A DNA stretch of 63,994 bases, the filler included, from Lenisia limosa (lineage: Eukaryota > Protista > Breviatea): the NCBI GenBank assembly GCA_001655205.1. It is 13 parts of 13 records of this genome, joined end to end, with 100 filler letters (N's around TTAATTAATTAA, not from the genome) between each part and the next. Parts side by side here need not be neighbours in the genome. Positions count along the whole stretch, not along the records: positions 31,476 to 47,194 come from LPNZ01003871.1; positions 47,295 to 48,610 come from LPNZ01007780.1; positions 48,711 to 54,608 come from LPNZ01007235.1; 10 more parts are not named here. One strand, 5' to 3'. The position numbers and the translations under genes are program-made. This document shows, in pieces, positions 44,401 through 54,162 of this stretch. Positions within the stretch are counted from its first letter, which is position 1. Each line of letters starts with the position of its first letter. The notes under the pieces are model-generated. The model saw only the letters and a list, made by a program, of their open reading frames with translations. It made no database searches and was not told the DNA's origin.

Positions 44401-45186
44401 AATGCCGAGTTTGAACCTGCATACGCTATTACTTCCCATAAAATTCAAGGTACAACCCTGGAAGAAGACTACAACATCCATGTTGAAATGAAACCGGACG
44501 GAAAGACACCATACTTTAACAGAAATGCTTTATATGTCGCACTTTCTCGTTGCAAGACTGCAGATCAAATCCATATCACACAAGTAAACGGAGTAAAGTT
44601 TCATCCTGAAAAAGAAGATGATATCGTAAACATGAAACTTAGAAAGCCTGAAAAAGCTCTTATCTACAAAATCTACAATAAAGATGGTTCAGAATACGTT
44701 GGTAGTACTGTATGCGGACCTAGCCAAAGCGAGAAAGCTCGTTTGGAAAAACGATTCAAAGAACACGAAAGAGATGAAACACTTGCCTGGAAAAGGAACA
44801 TGGATAGAATTGAACTTCTTACCAGGGTTTACTACCACAACAAGGAGGAAATTGAAAGTCGATGGGAAAAGAAATTTATTGGTCAAATCACTGTAGAGTG
44901 TAACAATATTCGCTGTGTCAGTAAATGTGCTCCCACTAAAGGGTTTATTGAGCTACAAGAGGTCAGTACCCCTCTTCCAAAAGTTAATGATAACGGTAAA
45001 CAACTTAGATGTAAGTCAGGAGGAATAGATATAGTTGCCAAGTATGACGGAAGTGAAGATGGTCGTCAGAAAGCAATGAAAAAAATTTATAAAAAAATAG
45101 AAATTAAAATGAATAATATTTTATTACAAAGCAGATGGAACAGTTGTGGAATAAATATGGGTTCATGTCAAAAAATCGATTTATAG
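41473..45186 (+). CDS. Replication polyprotein: vOTU-like protease domain, protein-primed family B DNA polymerase, SF1 (RecD/Pif1-like) helicase and GIY-YIG nuclease
   Basis: DNLCLIHC/NEHVELI; PolB motifs DLKRCY (42883), KRMPNELTG (43222), YKTDAVF (43516); helicase GMPGCGKTT (43714), IDEFS, FGDPNQLP, AYAITSHKIQG, YVALSR; IYKIYNKDGSEYVGST (44662). Confidence 0.9.
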   Translation: MDDLEKMIRDEEKRNARRKRQRTYDFGSTYLNKFIKLTEETDIDFKDIDILNDIQMKKLREKNDYVLVSGHLTLVYHKQGTGAEEREKSFCRNWRGDRQILVNIYGENLPAEPEGRMDNDVKYFGKNFTYLIPKNTNIETEVITQTVETGTVVIVQNGYDGQLAYVDNVTIDIIEKPTVSDLLMKSSTDNLCLIHCIATALAGKKYYKSKNFNTFLKEFRAISKKEDSFSLHDLECWTQNNKYVKFVIVGSNNRKLREIGVPKTAHHTIGLYYHNEHVELISPEDLRRVAQVQDDCLLSIKNQRQKIEIKGKECCYTGQNTCFQNGETTIVNEIFNDEFIATKKAEGYSIIYVDEYHLKKYLATVNDINQIEVNAKGSVVRVVVNEVILEVKREEEDTFKQKRDKVYKDYPYENIQETRTFAALTTALSDCILGQIPKSYYNEEVRQLQYTHFVGPRTGRVSNEEEEVEVDLKRCYRNILYDNKHPFPIFQSVDSFVRIGEISSTDVVPGEYIVAQPFEICGVPIGAGILNYVLIKKALECWEKGHPRTTKPEISHVMKARRTIKADTFKPLLKYITEELDDIKRMPNELTGLLNKRIRRETATYLEKNEQQVYFQMYHNFDKGIKTKLINVCKNVNIVHETKEIPLNSCHSSIYRQIIHQCFLRLAEINFTIDDYSSIVAYKTDAVFYKNTDSLVNVNKLPFTIHVSESYSRLKKPVKVKKSQPLPKEAAWNNVTEVNTEENCLVTGMPGCGKTTLLCKLYEKFVSEGKSVVCLAFTNFAVSNLKDRGCNEAYTLDSYFFKRKTTIKKYDVYLIDEFSTISAILMGRLIKHCGGSLVYLFGDPNQLPSVAENNYNYVNNKVICQWMKNFYKMKYIEASGRYDNKMKEILEKFTEDGVLDTTHFKDIDWSLETNITFTNELRKKINHQHSASSSQKIIATKNVPPKIFNSQIFKRIGENTVLRNEKTIELTDIQIINAEFEPAYAITSHKIQGTTLEEDYNIHVEMKPDGKTPYFNRNALYVALSRCKTADQIHITQVNGVKFHPEKEDDIVNMKLRKPEKALIYKIYNKDGSEYVGSTVCGPSQSEKARLEKRFKEHERDETLAWKRNMDRIELLTRVYYHNKEEIESRWEKKFIGQITVECNNIRCVSKCAPTKGFIELQEVSTPLPKVNDNGKQLRCKSGGIDIVAKYDGSEDGRQKAMKKIYKKIEIKMNNILLQSRWNSCGINMGSCQKIDL

Positions 45187-46190
45187 ATTTTGTTTTAGGT
45201 GTAACGGATAAGTTTAGTAAAGAAGAAATATCAAAATACATAGATCACCAAGGAGAGCACGACTTATACAAAGCAAGAAGTAACCAGAAGAAATACTTTA
45301 GTCACTTCCCAGAATTTAAAGAAAACAAAGACAGGTATCAGTTGGATGTTTTGTATCTAGCAGGAAAGCATTATAATAGTTTAGCCCTTGTCTGTATTGT
45401 TATAAGGTCTCGATACCTCTGTATGCGACCAATAAAAAACACAAGTGCTGCTGAAACTTATAAGGCCTATCAAAGTATTTGTCAAGAAGTAGGAACTCCA
45501 GTTTCAGTTCAAGTCGACAGTGGAAGCGAGTTCGTAAATAAACTATGGAAGGAAAAACTGCCACCAACAGTTCTAATAGTAAACGACCCCTATGAAAAAA
45601 ATCAAAACGCCTATGTGGAGCGTGTTAACAAAACTATTTCAAAACCATTCTATGAAAGGATGAAGCGTATCGAGAATGTAACCGGAGGGCCGTCCACACA
45701 GTGGATTGAATTTTTAGCCGACCAAGTCTATTCCTATAACAGAACTACTCATTCAACGATCAAGCAAAAACCTTATGATGTACAGTTTAATGGTAAAACA
45801 CCAGCAAAACAAGAATGGAAGAAAGTACCCGAAGGTAAGTTGAAGACAGGTGATTTCGTGAGAGTTTTTATAGGTGATAAGGATTATAACAGGCATGTCT
45901 CGCCAATCTGGTCTGAAGAAATCTATGTTATCAAGTATTCATATAAGAATGGGCCTTACAACCCGACACGCTATCAAATTGCTCGATCTTATAGCTCTAC
46001 AATCGAACCTTTAACAAAATACGAATGGGAGCTATTGAAAGTCGAAAGTCTACAAATGAAACCAAATCTTGAGGGATTAAACGTTAAAAAGCCTGCTAAA
46101 CCAAGGAAAACTATTCAAGAGAACACTAGAAGTAAAAGAAAAGAGAGAAGACCAGAGAAGAAGAACAGATCTGGGTTAGTAAGAGAGTAA
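45135..46190 (+). CDS. Retroviral-type (rve) DDE integrase of Maverick type
   Basis: YQLDVLY (D 45345), QVDSGSEF (D 45516), NAYVERVNKT (E 45618), YNRTTHSTIK and the C-terminal LKTGDFVRV..WSEEIYVI. Catalytic triad intact. Confidence 0.95.
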   Translation: MEQLWNKYGFMSKNRFIDFVLGVTDKFSKEEISKYIDHQGEHDLYKARSNQKKYFSHFPEFKENKDRYQLDVLYLAGKHYNSLALVCIVIRSRYLCMRPIKNTSAAETYKAYQSICQEVGTPVSVQVDSGSEFVNKLWKEKLPPTVLIVNDPYEKNQNAYVERVNKTISKPFYERMKRIENVTGGPSTQWIEFLADQVYSYNRTTHSTIKQKPYDVQFNGKTPAKQEWKKVPEGKLKTGDFVRVFIGDKDYNRHVSPIWSEEIYVIKYSYKNGPYNPTRYQIARSYSSTIEPLTKYEWELLKVESLQMKPNLEGLNVKKPAKPRKTIQENTRSKRKERRPEKKNRSGLVRE

Positions 46191-46252
46191 TAAAGATCAA
46201 GATCAATGCTTTTGTTATTAAAGGTAAATGAACTCATACTCAAATTACGAAC

Positions 46253-46813
46253 ATGTTTTCTAACTATGGATGTATTTGTTGCATTATTATAGATTATACA
46301 CGACTTCTTAATATGTTGTGTCTAATTATCATTGTGTTGCAATTGTTTTGTGAGAAGTATTTAATAATATCCATTCAAAGATTACACAAACAAGATATGG
46401 ATATTGAAGACAATGTTAAGATAAATAATACTGATAGGCGCCTGGCGCCAGCAATAAAACATACTAAAGAGCCATCGCGGCCAACACAAAATAATACTAA
46501 TAACCAAATGGTGTCATACGATAAAAATAATGCATTGTTAGCAAAGTTAACAAATGAAAATGAACAAATGAAGACAATTGAAAATAGTCTCGCTGCACTT
46601 AAACTTCATGAAAAAGCTCTTGAGGAGGATGATGATCAGTTCATTGGGTCATCATTAGCTGTGGACAAACAAATTGCTGACTCTAATCAGTCACTATTTC
46701 TTCTGCAACAAAAATTGATTAAAAATATGGCAGAGGAAGGTAACCTTTATCAAAAAATGCAAAAATTAAAACCAATTAAAAAGAAGAAGTTTCTTTCTTG
46801 TTATCTTATCTAG
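46253..46813 (+). CDS. Coiled-coil ORF of uncertain ownership (viral terminal gene or host flank)
   Basis: 186-aa ORF with a heptad-like C-terminal half. It lacks the upstream motif and A/T tracts typical of the viral genes. Confidence 0.3.
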   Translation: MFSNYGCICCIIIDYTRLLNMLCLIIIVLQLFCEKYLIISIQRLHKQDMDIEDNVKINNTDRRLAPAIKHTKEPSRPTQNNTNNQMVSYDKNNALLAKLTNENEQMKTIENSLAALKLHEKALEEDDDQFIGSSLAVDKQIADSNQSLFLLQQKLIKNMAEEGNLYQKMQKLKPIKKKKFLSCYLI

Positions 46814-47359
46814 CATGGCCGCCAGAAGATGTTTTGATAACCTCCGAAAGAGACAATCCCGAGTGAAAATCACACGCAATACCATCGTTGAAAAAATACG
46901 TGGCTTTTTGCAAACAATTGCAATAATCTCTGAGTAAACATTTCGGCGTAATTCCTCTTCAATGTGTCTTTTCATTGAGCGGGTTGCAATATATTATTAT
47001 TATTTTTGAAAAGGGTGATTAGCATGCTGAAATCGTACTAAAACTTAATTAAGCTATGTATCCAAGTAACTACAATAATTATACCCGGGGCTTCAGTCTG
47101 ATTGTCATCCGAAATCGTAGAAGGCGTTCTTAGCTAAGCTAATGCTTGATTAAGTTAAGCCACTTACCTAAGTAACAACAAATGGAGAGGAGATNNNNNN
47201 NNNNNNNNNNNNNNNNNNNNNNNNNNNNNNNNNNNNNNTTAATTAATTAANNNNNNNNNNNNNNNNNNNNNNNNNNNNNNNNNNNNNNNNNNNNGGGGGG
47301 GGGGGACACTAGTAACAGTAACGAACCAACTCAGAAATCGATTAAACCGTCTCTCTCAC

Positions 47360-48446
47360 CTGGACAAGAGTGTTAGGGCCCATAAGGGTGGCCGAAACGT
47401 CGCTGATGCCCTGACGGAAGTTGTCCAAAATGCCGCTGCCGTTATCGTGGCTGAGGATCCAGCCCATACGCCATCCAGGGATCATGTACTGCTTGGCAAG
47501 ACCACTAGGAGGGGGGGTAAATTAGAAAATTTATGGGAGGGGTATTCGTGTGGAAACTCTTCTGTAAATAAGAGATGACGTAATATCAATGAAAGTAGTA
47601 GGAATATTCACGCACTGAAATCGGAGAGAAAACGAACAAAACACCAAGGAACCCTCGACCCTCATACCCAACAGTGATGACCGGGACATTGGGGTTGAGG
47701 GCAGCCATGGGCTTGAACTCTGATCCAGGGAACACCATATCGGCGTAAATCTCGTCAGCAATTACCTGGGGGGGGGGNNNNNNNNNNNNNNNNNNNNNNN
47801 NNNNNNNNNNNNNNNNNNNNNNNNNNNNNNNNNNNNNNNNNNNNNNNNNNNNNNNNNNNNNNNNNNNNNNNNNNNNNGGGAGGAGGTGTGTGAAACGAGA
47901 CTGTGTACGGTAACAGCAAATTCGCTTATCATTTTGAGATACATTACTATCAACAGGAGGATAAATGATAATAAAACAACAAACAAGCCAAAATATGTAT
48001 GCTTTCAAATAGCAATTATTATCAAATCAACGCCAGAATTTATACGGTACCAAGTCTCATGATCAGACCGCGGCATACAGGGAGTTTAAGGTCCTCACAG
48101 GTGTCCATGATGTCCTTCAAATGGTCAAGTTCGAAGACGGATCCGCAGGCTGTGGGGGAGGTTATACACATAAGTAAGGCAAGTAAAACAAGATGGCATT
48201 TGTCCGAAGTCGTCCACACCATCACTCTTATAAATATTGCATTAGAGTATAAAATTAATTCTAGAAAAAAATCATGGAAGAATGCGAAAAAAACAACAGT
48301 TTCAAAAAATAAAGAAAAAAAACCAAATCAAAATAAAAGATAGTCCAGCCCTCACGGTTGGAAGGGTTGTTGACGATGATGGCCTTGGTGTTGTCGTCAG
48401 CCTCGCGACGGATAGAGTCGAGGTCTGCCTCCCAGTTCTTCTCAGC
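47360..48446 (-). CDS. TAT: Tyrosine aminotransferase (class I/II PLP aminotransferase), internal exons
   Basis: KAIIVNNPSNP|CGSVF, VIADEIYADMVF, GLAKQYMIPGWRMGWI and LMGPNTLVQ. Confidence 0.93.
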
Positions 48447-48710
48447 CTTTGGCGATGAGAATCATTTAGATATCCAATACTACTGATATGTAATAGTATA
48501 TTATATCAAATATAGTGTATGTATGATATATATATGTGTGTGTGTATTATATATAACTTTTTTTAAAAAAGTACTTAGATGAAAGAAGTGTCTCCTACAC
48601 GACTATATAANNNNNNNNNNNNNNNNNNNNNNNNNNNNNNNNNNNNNNNNNNNNTTAATTAATTAANNNNNNNNNNNNNNNNNNNNNNNNNNNNNNNNNN
48701 NNNNNNNNNN

Positions 48711-51700
48711 TAACTTGGTAGAGTTGAGAATTTCAGTCCGCATTGAAATGAAGATTGCGGCGGCAGTGGCGATGTTGAGATGTGGTCCAAAGGCAAAAAG
48801 AAAGTCCCAGAGTTTGAGAACCTCCTCGAGGGGTGGTACAGACGCCCCCAATGTCAGGATGACTGGCGTTGAATTAATAAATAAATAATAAAGATTTCTC
48901 AAGAAAACGTCCAGGTGACTGTAGTAAATTTATCAGAATCAAGGAAATATCATGGTTACTGAAGTTGAATTAATAATAAATACTAAATGGGAAACTGGGT
49001 TAAATTAATAAGGTTTATTAAGGATTTCTCAAGGAAATAGCAGGATAACTGGAGTTGAATAAATAAGGATTAAGTAAATGTCAGATTTACAACAAATGTG
49101 ACACAGCCTCTTTCCCCTAAGGCTTCACTTCGGTTCGACAAAGAGACTGAATTTCTCGATAAATCCTCGAAAACTGCCGATATTTCACCGGTCTTTTCCG
49201 AACCGAAGTGCAGCCCTAATTGCCACCCAACCTCTAAAGGCGTACACCGCAGCGTGAAGGTTGTACTTGTGAAGATGCTGGTGCAACTCCGAGTCCACAG
49301 CCTCTAACACTTCATCAANNNNNNNNNNNNNNNNNNNNNNNNNNNNNNNNNNNNNNNNNNNNNNNNNNNNNNNNNNNNNNNNNNNNNNNNNNNNNNNNNN
49401 NNNNNNNNNNNNNNNNNNNNNNNNNNNNNNNNNNNNNNNNNNNNNNNNNTAATCTGAAACTCTAAACAATACAAACAAAACAAAAAAAAAGGCAATAACA
49501 AAAAACTAACGCTAAAATTAGACAAAAAAAACACCCATCCACTTTAAAACCAGAACAGAATACCCCTCCCACTTTTACACCAAAATGAGCGCCGTCAAGC
49601 GTGGGTTGGACGTAGAGGGGAATGAAAGTGTGAAGGAGATGGGTGAAGGCCGAAAACGCCTCAACCTTGGAGAGTAAAAATGGAATTTTTATAACAAAAC
49701 ACCCATCAACTCAGTTGTCTGAATATTTGCGAAATATACGAGGGTTGAAAACTACAAAACANNNNNNNNNNNNNNNNNNNNNNNNNNNNNNNNNNNNNNN
49801 NNNNNNNNNNNNNNNNNNNNNNNNNNNNNNNNNAGGTGTGTTCTTATATCTCTAGAATTGAAAAAAAAAGGATAAGGACTGTCTGAAAAGGGTTTGAATT
49901 GACTTAAGAAATTAATTTTTAAATGCCCTTTCAGTCAACTTTCAAATAACAGATAGTTGGCACAGTCGAGATCATAAGAAGGGAGGGAAGACTTATGAAA
50001 CGAAAACCCGAATATCAACTCTGTTGACTGATAATTTGTCCAAGATTGCACCTTTGTAATGGTGGGAACGTATCTCCCATGAAATCCCATAGTATCACAT
50101 GATTCCCTGTAAAGAAATATCCATTATAAATTATGATATACCGGAATACATATTGAACACCAACAGAAACGCAATCATGAAACTCCAGCACACCTCAGTT
50201 GTGTAATGAAATATCCTCACCAATAGAAATGCATCTCCTATACCTAGGGCTTTCGAAAAAAAGACTGAATTTCTCGATAAATCTCGAAAACTATCGATAT
50301 TAGCCCTACCTATGGCACCTCTGTCATGGTATAAAGGAATATTTCCCTCCAACAGGTAAGGCAATCTCCACGAAATTCCATGAAATATCCCATCGCACAC
50401 CTCAGTCATGGTGTAAAGGAAGGGTGCAAGAAGGACATTCATGCCCTGAACGTAACTGAACTCGAACACAGCTGGTTTGGGACCGTTGGTGGGAACTGTG
50501 GGGAGTAAATTTGGAAAATGTATGAAACAAAAAAAAACCCAAATCAATTCGGTTGGCTGACAACACACGAGGGTTGAGAATAATATAAAAAAAACAAAGC
50601 CCGGTAAATTTGGAAAAGAAAAACGAAGGAAATTTTCGATGAATGCCCCCCCCCCCACCTCCTCTTGCCCATCGCAGCAATACCCAAAAAAAAGAGAAAA
50701 AAAAGAGAGACTAGACCCCCCAAACAAAGGTCATTTGAGACATTGGCGAAGGCGTTCAGCACGCGGATCAGTGCCTCTTCGGACACCCGTGAGGAGAATT
50801 GGAGGTCTGGAGAGAATAAGGGAGTTGTAAGACAAGGAGAATTATATTATCTGTTCAAAGTAGTCCAGCATCACGCTTATAAGAGATATAAATATAGCAT
50901 CATGCCATAAGAGATAAATAGGGCGTCACTTCGGTTCGAAAAAGACAGAATTTACTGATAAATTCTAGAAAACTATATACAGTGACCGGGATAAGTCTTG
51001 ACCGGTTTGCAGTGTGATTTCCCAAGGAAAATAGGTCAAAACTTATCCTTGACTGTGTATGTTTTAACGGTCTTTTTCGGACCGAAGTGAAGCCCTAAAG
51101 GTAACGTAGAGTTTCCATTAACCCACTTGTGGGAAATGTTCGGAATGTATCCGCTCGGATTTTGTTGTACACATGGCTCTCTCCTAGGTTTGTGAGAGAA
51201 AGAAAATGGATACTTATTTAAGACCATCCAAGACTCTCTACAGGCTGAGGGAGAGTAACTATTTGTTGATTATTTGTCAATATAAAGAGATCGTTTTGAG
51301 GGTTGGGTAGATTTGTTACATTTTTTAAAAATTAATCATGCTTGAAAATTACAGATTATAATATGTTGTATCAAGCTGAAGCCATATGGAATATCACGTT
51401 GAAACGAAATGTGGAAGGCTTGAGTAAACCTGCATAAAGCAACTCAAATAGGCAATGTTTATCAATAAAAACAAAGCACATATACAAACAACCAATATAT
51501 TGAACACATATTAAATGAGCATTGGGTGAAGTCACAAATATCGGGTGGTTAAGTTACAAAGAGGTAGAGAGTAGATCATCCAAGGAAACACGGGAGAGGG
51601 GAAGAATAGAGCTGTTTCCAGTTGAAAGCCATTCTAAATACCTCTTTTAATCAACTGAAGATAGGAGTTGACATCAGAAGGGCCAACGTGAAGAAGAAGC

Positions 51701-51980
51701 TTCCATATCCGGCCTCTGAGAGTACATTTCTCTAGCGTTCCCTCCTGTATGGTCGTTAATATTGCTAAATAACTCAATCGGCACCCACCACTTGGTCTTC
51801 GGGGATTCCCTCTTTCAGAACCAACTCACGGATCTCCGTAATCCTCCTGTTAACATCCTCTTCTTTCAAGGATGTATCTAGATGTAAGCCCCGAATAAAC
51901 CATATGCACCTACCAAACTTCAGCAGCTCCTCGTACTTCTTCTGCAGGCTGAAGTCAGAGAGAGTCTTTTCCATTGCGTT
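48711..51980 (-). CDS. BUB2: Bub2/Cdc16-type TBC-domain GAP, spliced, 3'-truncated
   Basis: IRELVLKEGIP, LRGRIWKLLL, SYVQGMNVLLAPFLY, PLYVQPTLDGAHFG, LHAAVYAF, PPLEEVLKLWDFLFAFGPHLNI. Confidence 0.88.
49118..49218. mobile_element. MITE family A copy (intronic)
   Basis: TAAGGCTTCACTTCGGTTCGACAAAGAGACTGAATTTC ... CCGAACCGAAGTGCAGCCCTA, TA at both ends. Confidence 0.88.
50245..50308. mobile_element. MITE family A internally deleted copy
   Basis: TAGGGCTTTCGAAAAAAAGACTGAATTTCTCGATAAATCTCGAAAACTATCGATATTAGCCCTA. Confidence 0.75.
50919..51097. mobile_element. MITE family A copy carrying a nested family B MITE (50978-51059)
   Basis: Outer TIRs TAGGGCGTCACTTCGGTTCGAAAAAGAC / GTCTTTTTCGGACCGAAGTGAAGCCCTA; inner TACAGTGACCGGGATAAGTCTTGACC ... 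GGTCAAAACTTATCCTTGACTGTGTA. Confidence 0.85.
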
Positions 51981-52815
51981 CAATTGCTGCGATCTTCTAC
52001 ATGGTTTTCATCATCGAACGATCTCTGTAGCAGTGGAGAGTGCCGTCAACAGTGGCTTCTTATATGTGTGTGAAATTGGCTGCTTGTTGATCTCAGAAAC
52101 TTGCTAGGATTGTTATTACCGTTGATATGACTAAAGTATCTTCTAATTTAAGCTTTTAACTGGCTGTTGGCTTTTTTTTTTTTTTTTTTTTTTAAGTTTT
52201 TNNNNNNNNNNNNNNNNNNNNNNNNNNNNNNNNNNNNNNNNNNNNNNNNNNNNNNNNNNNNNNNNNNNNNNNNNNNNNNNNNNNNNNNNNNNNNNNNNNN
52301 NNNNNNNNNNNGCGAAGCGAAATGCTCACATGATTCTCATTGGATGGATTTAATTCTTGGGGAAAATACAATATTTCCATCTTCCATATCACCCTAAAAA
52401 CAAACGTCACGTAATAAATTTTGAGAGTTATTTCACAATTAATTGCCAGTACTGATTCCTAATAATAATGTAATTAGGTGATGAAATAAAAAGGATCCCC
52501 CACTTAACCAAAGGTTCAGCTCTATTGACAGAAAAAGAAACAACTTAAATAGCAATCAATCACAAATCACAGCAAACTCGCACAGTAAAGGATCTAGTAT
52601 TTCCCGCCGCTCTTCACTCGTATGGCTGCCTCTACAGCCTCCTCGGTTGCAAATGGCTAAAGCATTAGAGCGTAAGATGTGCTAAAATGACATTTTGATT
52701 CAACTCCCAAGCACACCGTCATTATAACGAGATAGGAACAAATGGGAGAGAAAAAAAGTATTTGGCAAACAGCAAACAAAGCCCCCCCCCAAGCCCAATT
52801 GCATCATCCTCCGAC

Positions 52816-53808
52816 CTTGATGGAGGGATGCAGCAAGATATCGTGGGCTGTGGGACGGGTTTGGGGGTCAAGAAGAAATATAGATGACGCCAATTCTATA
52901 CCGTGATTTTGAGAACCCTTTTTTCTTTTTTTTTTTCCTTTTCTTTTTATAGAAAATGGCGATCAAGTGATTTTGGGAACACAGTCTTATATAAGGATGC
53001 CAAATACTATGATTATCACACTGACCAAAATCTTCATTGGTTTTAAGTAAAATGTAGTTCAAAGATGACGTCACCGAAACTTTTTGTTCGGATATTCTTG
53101 ACAATTATCTGGTTTAGCAACCTGCTTTAAATAAGATTCACCCCTTATTGCCGTACCAATAAGATTCGGGGGCAGATCTTCTGTGTTAAATTTGCCTTGG
53201 GTAATGTTCTTGAAAACTGCAAAGTTAAGGGACGAAGGGAAAAATATTCAACTTAAGATCCGATTGCCCCAAAAGGAAAGTACCCCTTTCGTCCCACTTT
53301 CAAAGTAGTCATCACCCTCAAAAGGAAAGTCGCCAGTTACGAACAGACACATCAAAACGCCAAGGGACCAGATATCGGCCTTCTTGCCGTCATAGGACTT
53401 GTCGCCGGCCTGTAACACCTCCGGTGCCGCATAGTCCGGAGACCCGTAGGACTCCTTAAGGGGAGGGGGGAGTAAAGTTGGAAACAAAACAAAACCCAAA
53501 TCAACTCTGTTNNNNNNNNNNNNNNNNNNNNNNNNNNNNNNNNNNNNNNNNNNNNNNNNNNNNNNNNNNNNNNNNNNNNNNNNNNNNNNNNNNNNAGGAT
53601 ATTCAGAAACTTCAAAAAAAAAAAACCTTGAATAGAAACAATTTTTCACCATTTCTAATATTACATCTACAATTCACAATTACCAGTAAAATAATGATGT
53701 TTATCAAGAAATCCAGTCTTTTATTTATGATCACAGGAAGGCGTGCAAATAACCCACAGTAACTTGACCGTTAGGAGGCAAGCGTGCAGCGTAACCGAAA
53801 TCTCCAAT
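52816..53808 (-). CDS. Ser/Thr protein kinase (CAMK-like) C-lobe exons
   Basis: IGDFGYAARL|ESYGSPDYAAPEVL..KADIWSLGV..GDFPFEGDDYFE|IFKNITQGKF|ELASSIFLLDPQTRPTAHDILLHPSIK, with compatible splice phases. Confidence 0.9.
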
Positions 53809-54062
53809 CTACGGAGTGAGTAATTTGAAAAGTCAAGTAAACAAGGAGGTATTTCAAATGATAAGTAAAAAAAAAAAATGGCCGAAGCTGTTGACACAAA
53901 ATTCTGAAGATATATATAATTATGTANNNNNNNNNNNNNNNNNNNNNNNNNNNNNNNNNNNNNNNNNNNNNNNNNNNNNNNNNNNNNNNNNNNNAAACAC
54001 TATTAATTCATGATCCCCGCCTCAATGCACCATTTAATACAACTAATCTTATCCCCCACATC

Positions 54063-54162
54063 TAGGGCTTCACTTTGGTTCAAAAAATTACGGGAAAATA
54101 TCGATAGTTTTCGAGGATTTTTCGAGAATTTAAGTCTTTTGTCGAACCAAAGTGAAGCACGA
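54063..54162. mobile_element. MITE family A copy (opposite orientation)
   Basis: TAGGGCTTCACTTTGGTTCAAAAAA ... TTTTGTCGAACCAAAGTGAAGCAC. Confidence 0.8.

Larger units (their letters stand above)
31476..46190. mobile_element. Maverick/Polinton-type integrating dsDNA virus (left end truncated, right boundary unresolved)
   Basis: Intronless, densely packed intact ORFs encoding major and minor capsid, A32 ATPase, cysteine protease, pPolB and rve integrase on a single scaffold. Confidence 0.95.

Noticed and set aside
31476-46190. Classification as a Lavidaviridae virophage
   Set aside because: The MCP (469 aa) pattern looks Maverick/Polinton-like rather than virophage-like; a phylogeny is needed to be certain.
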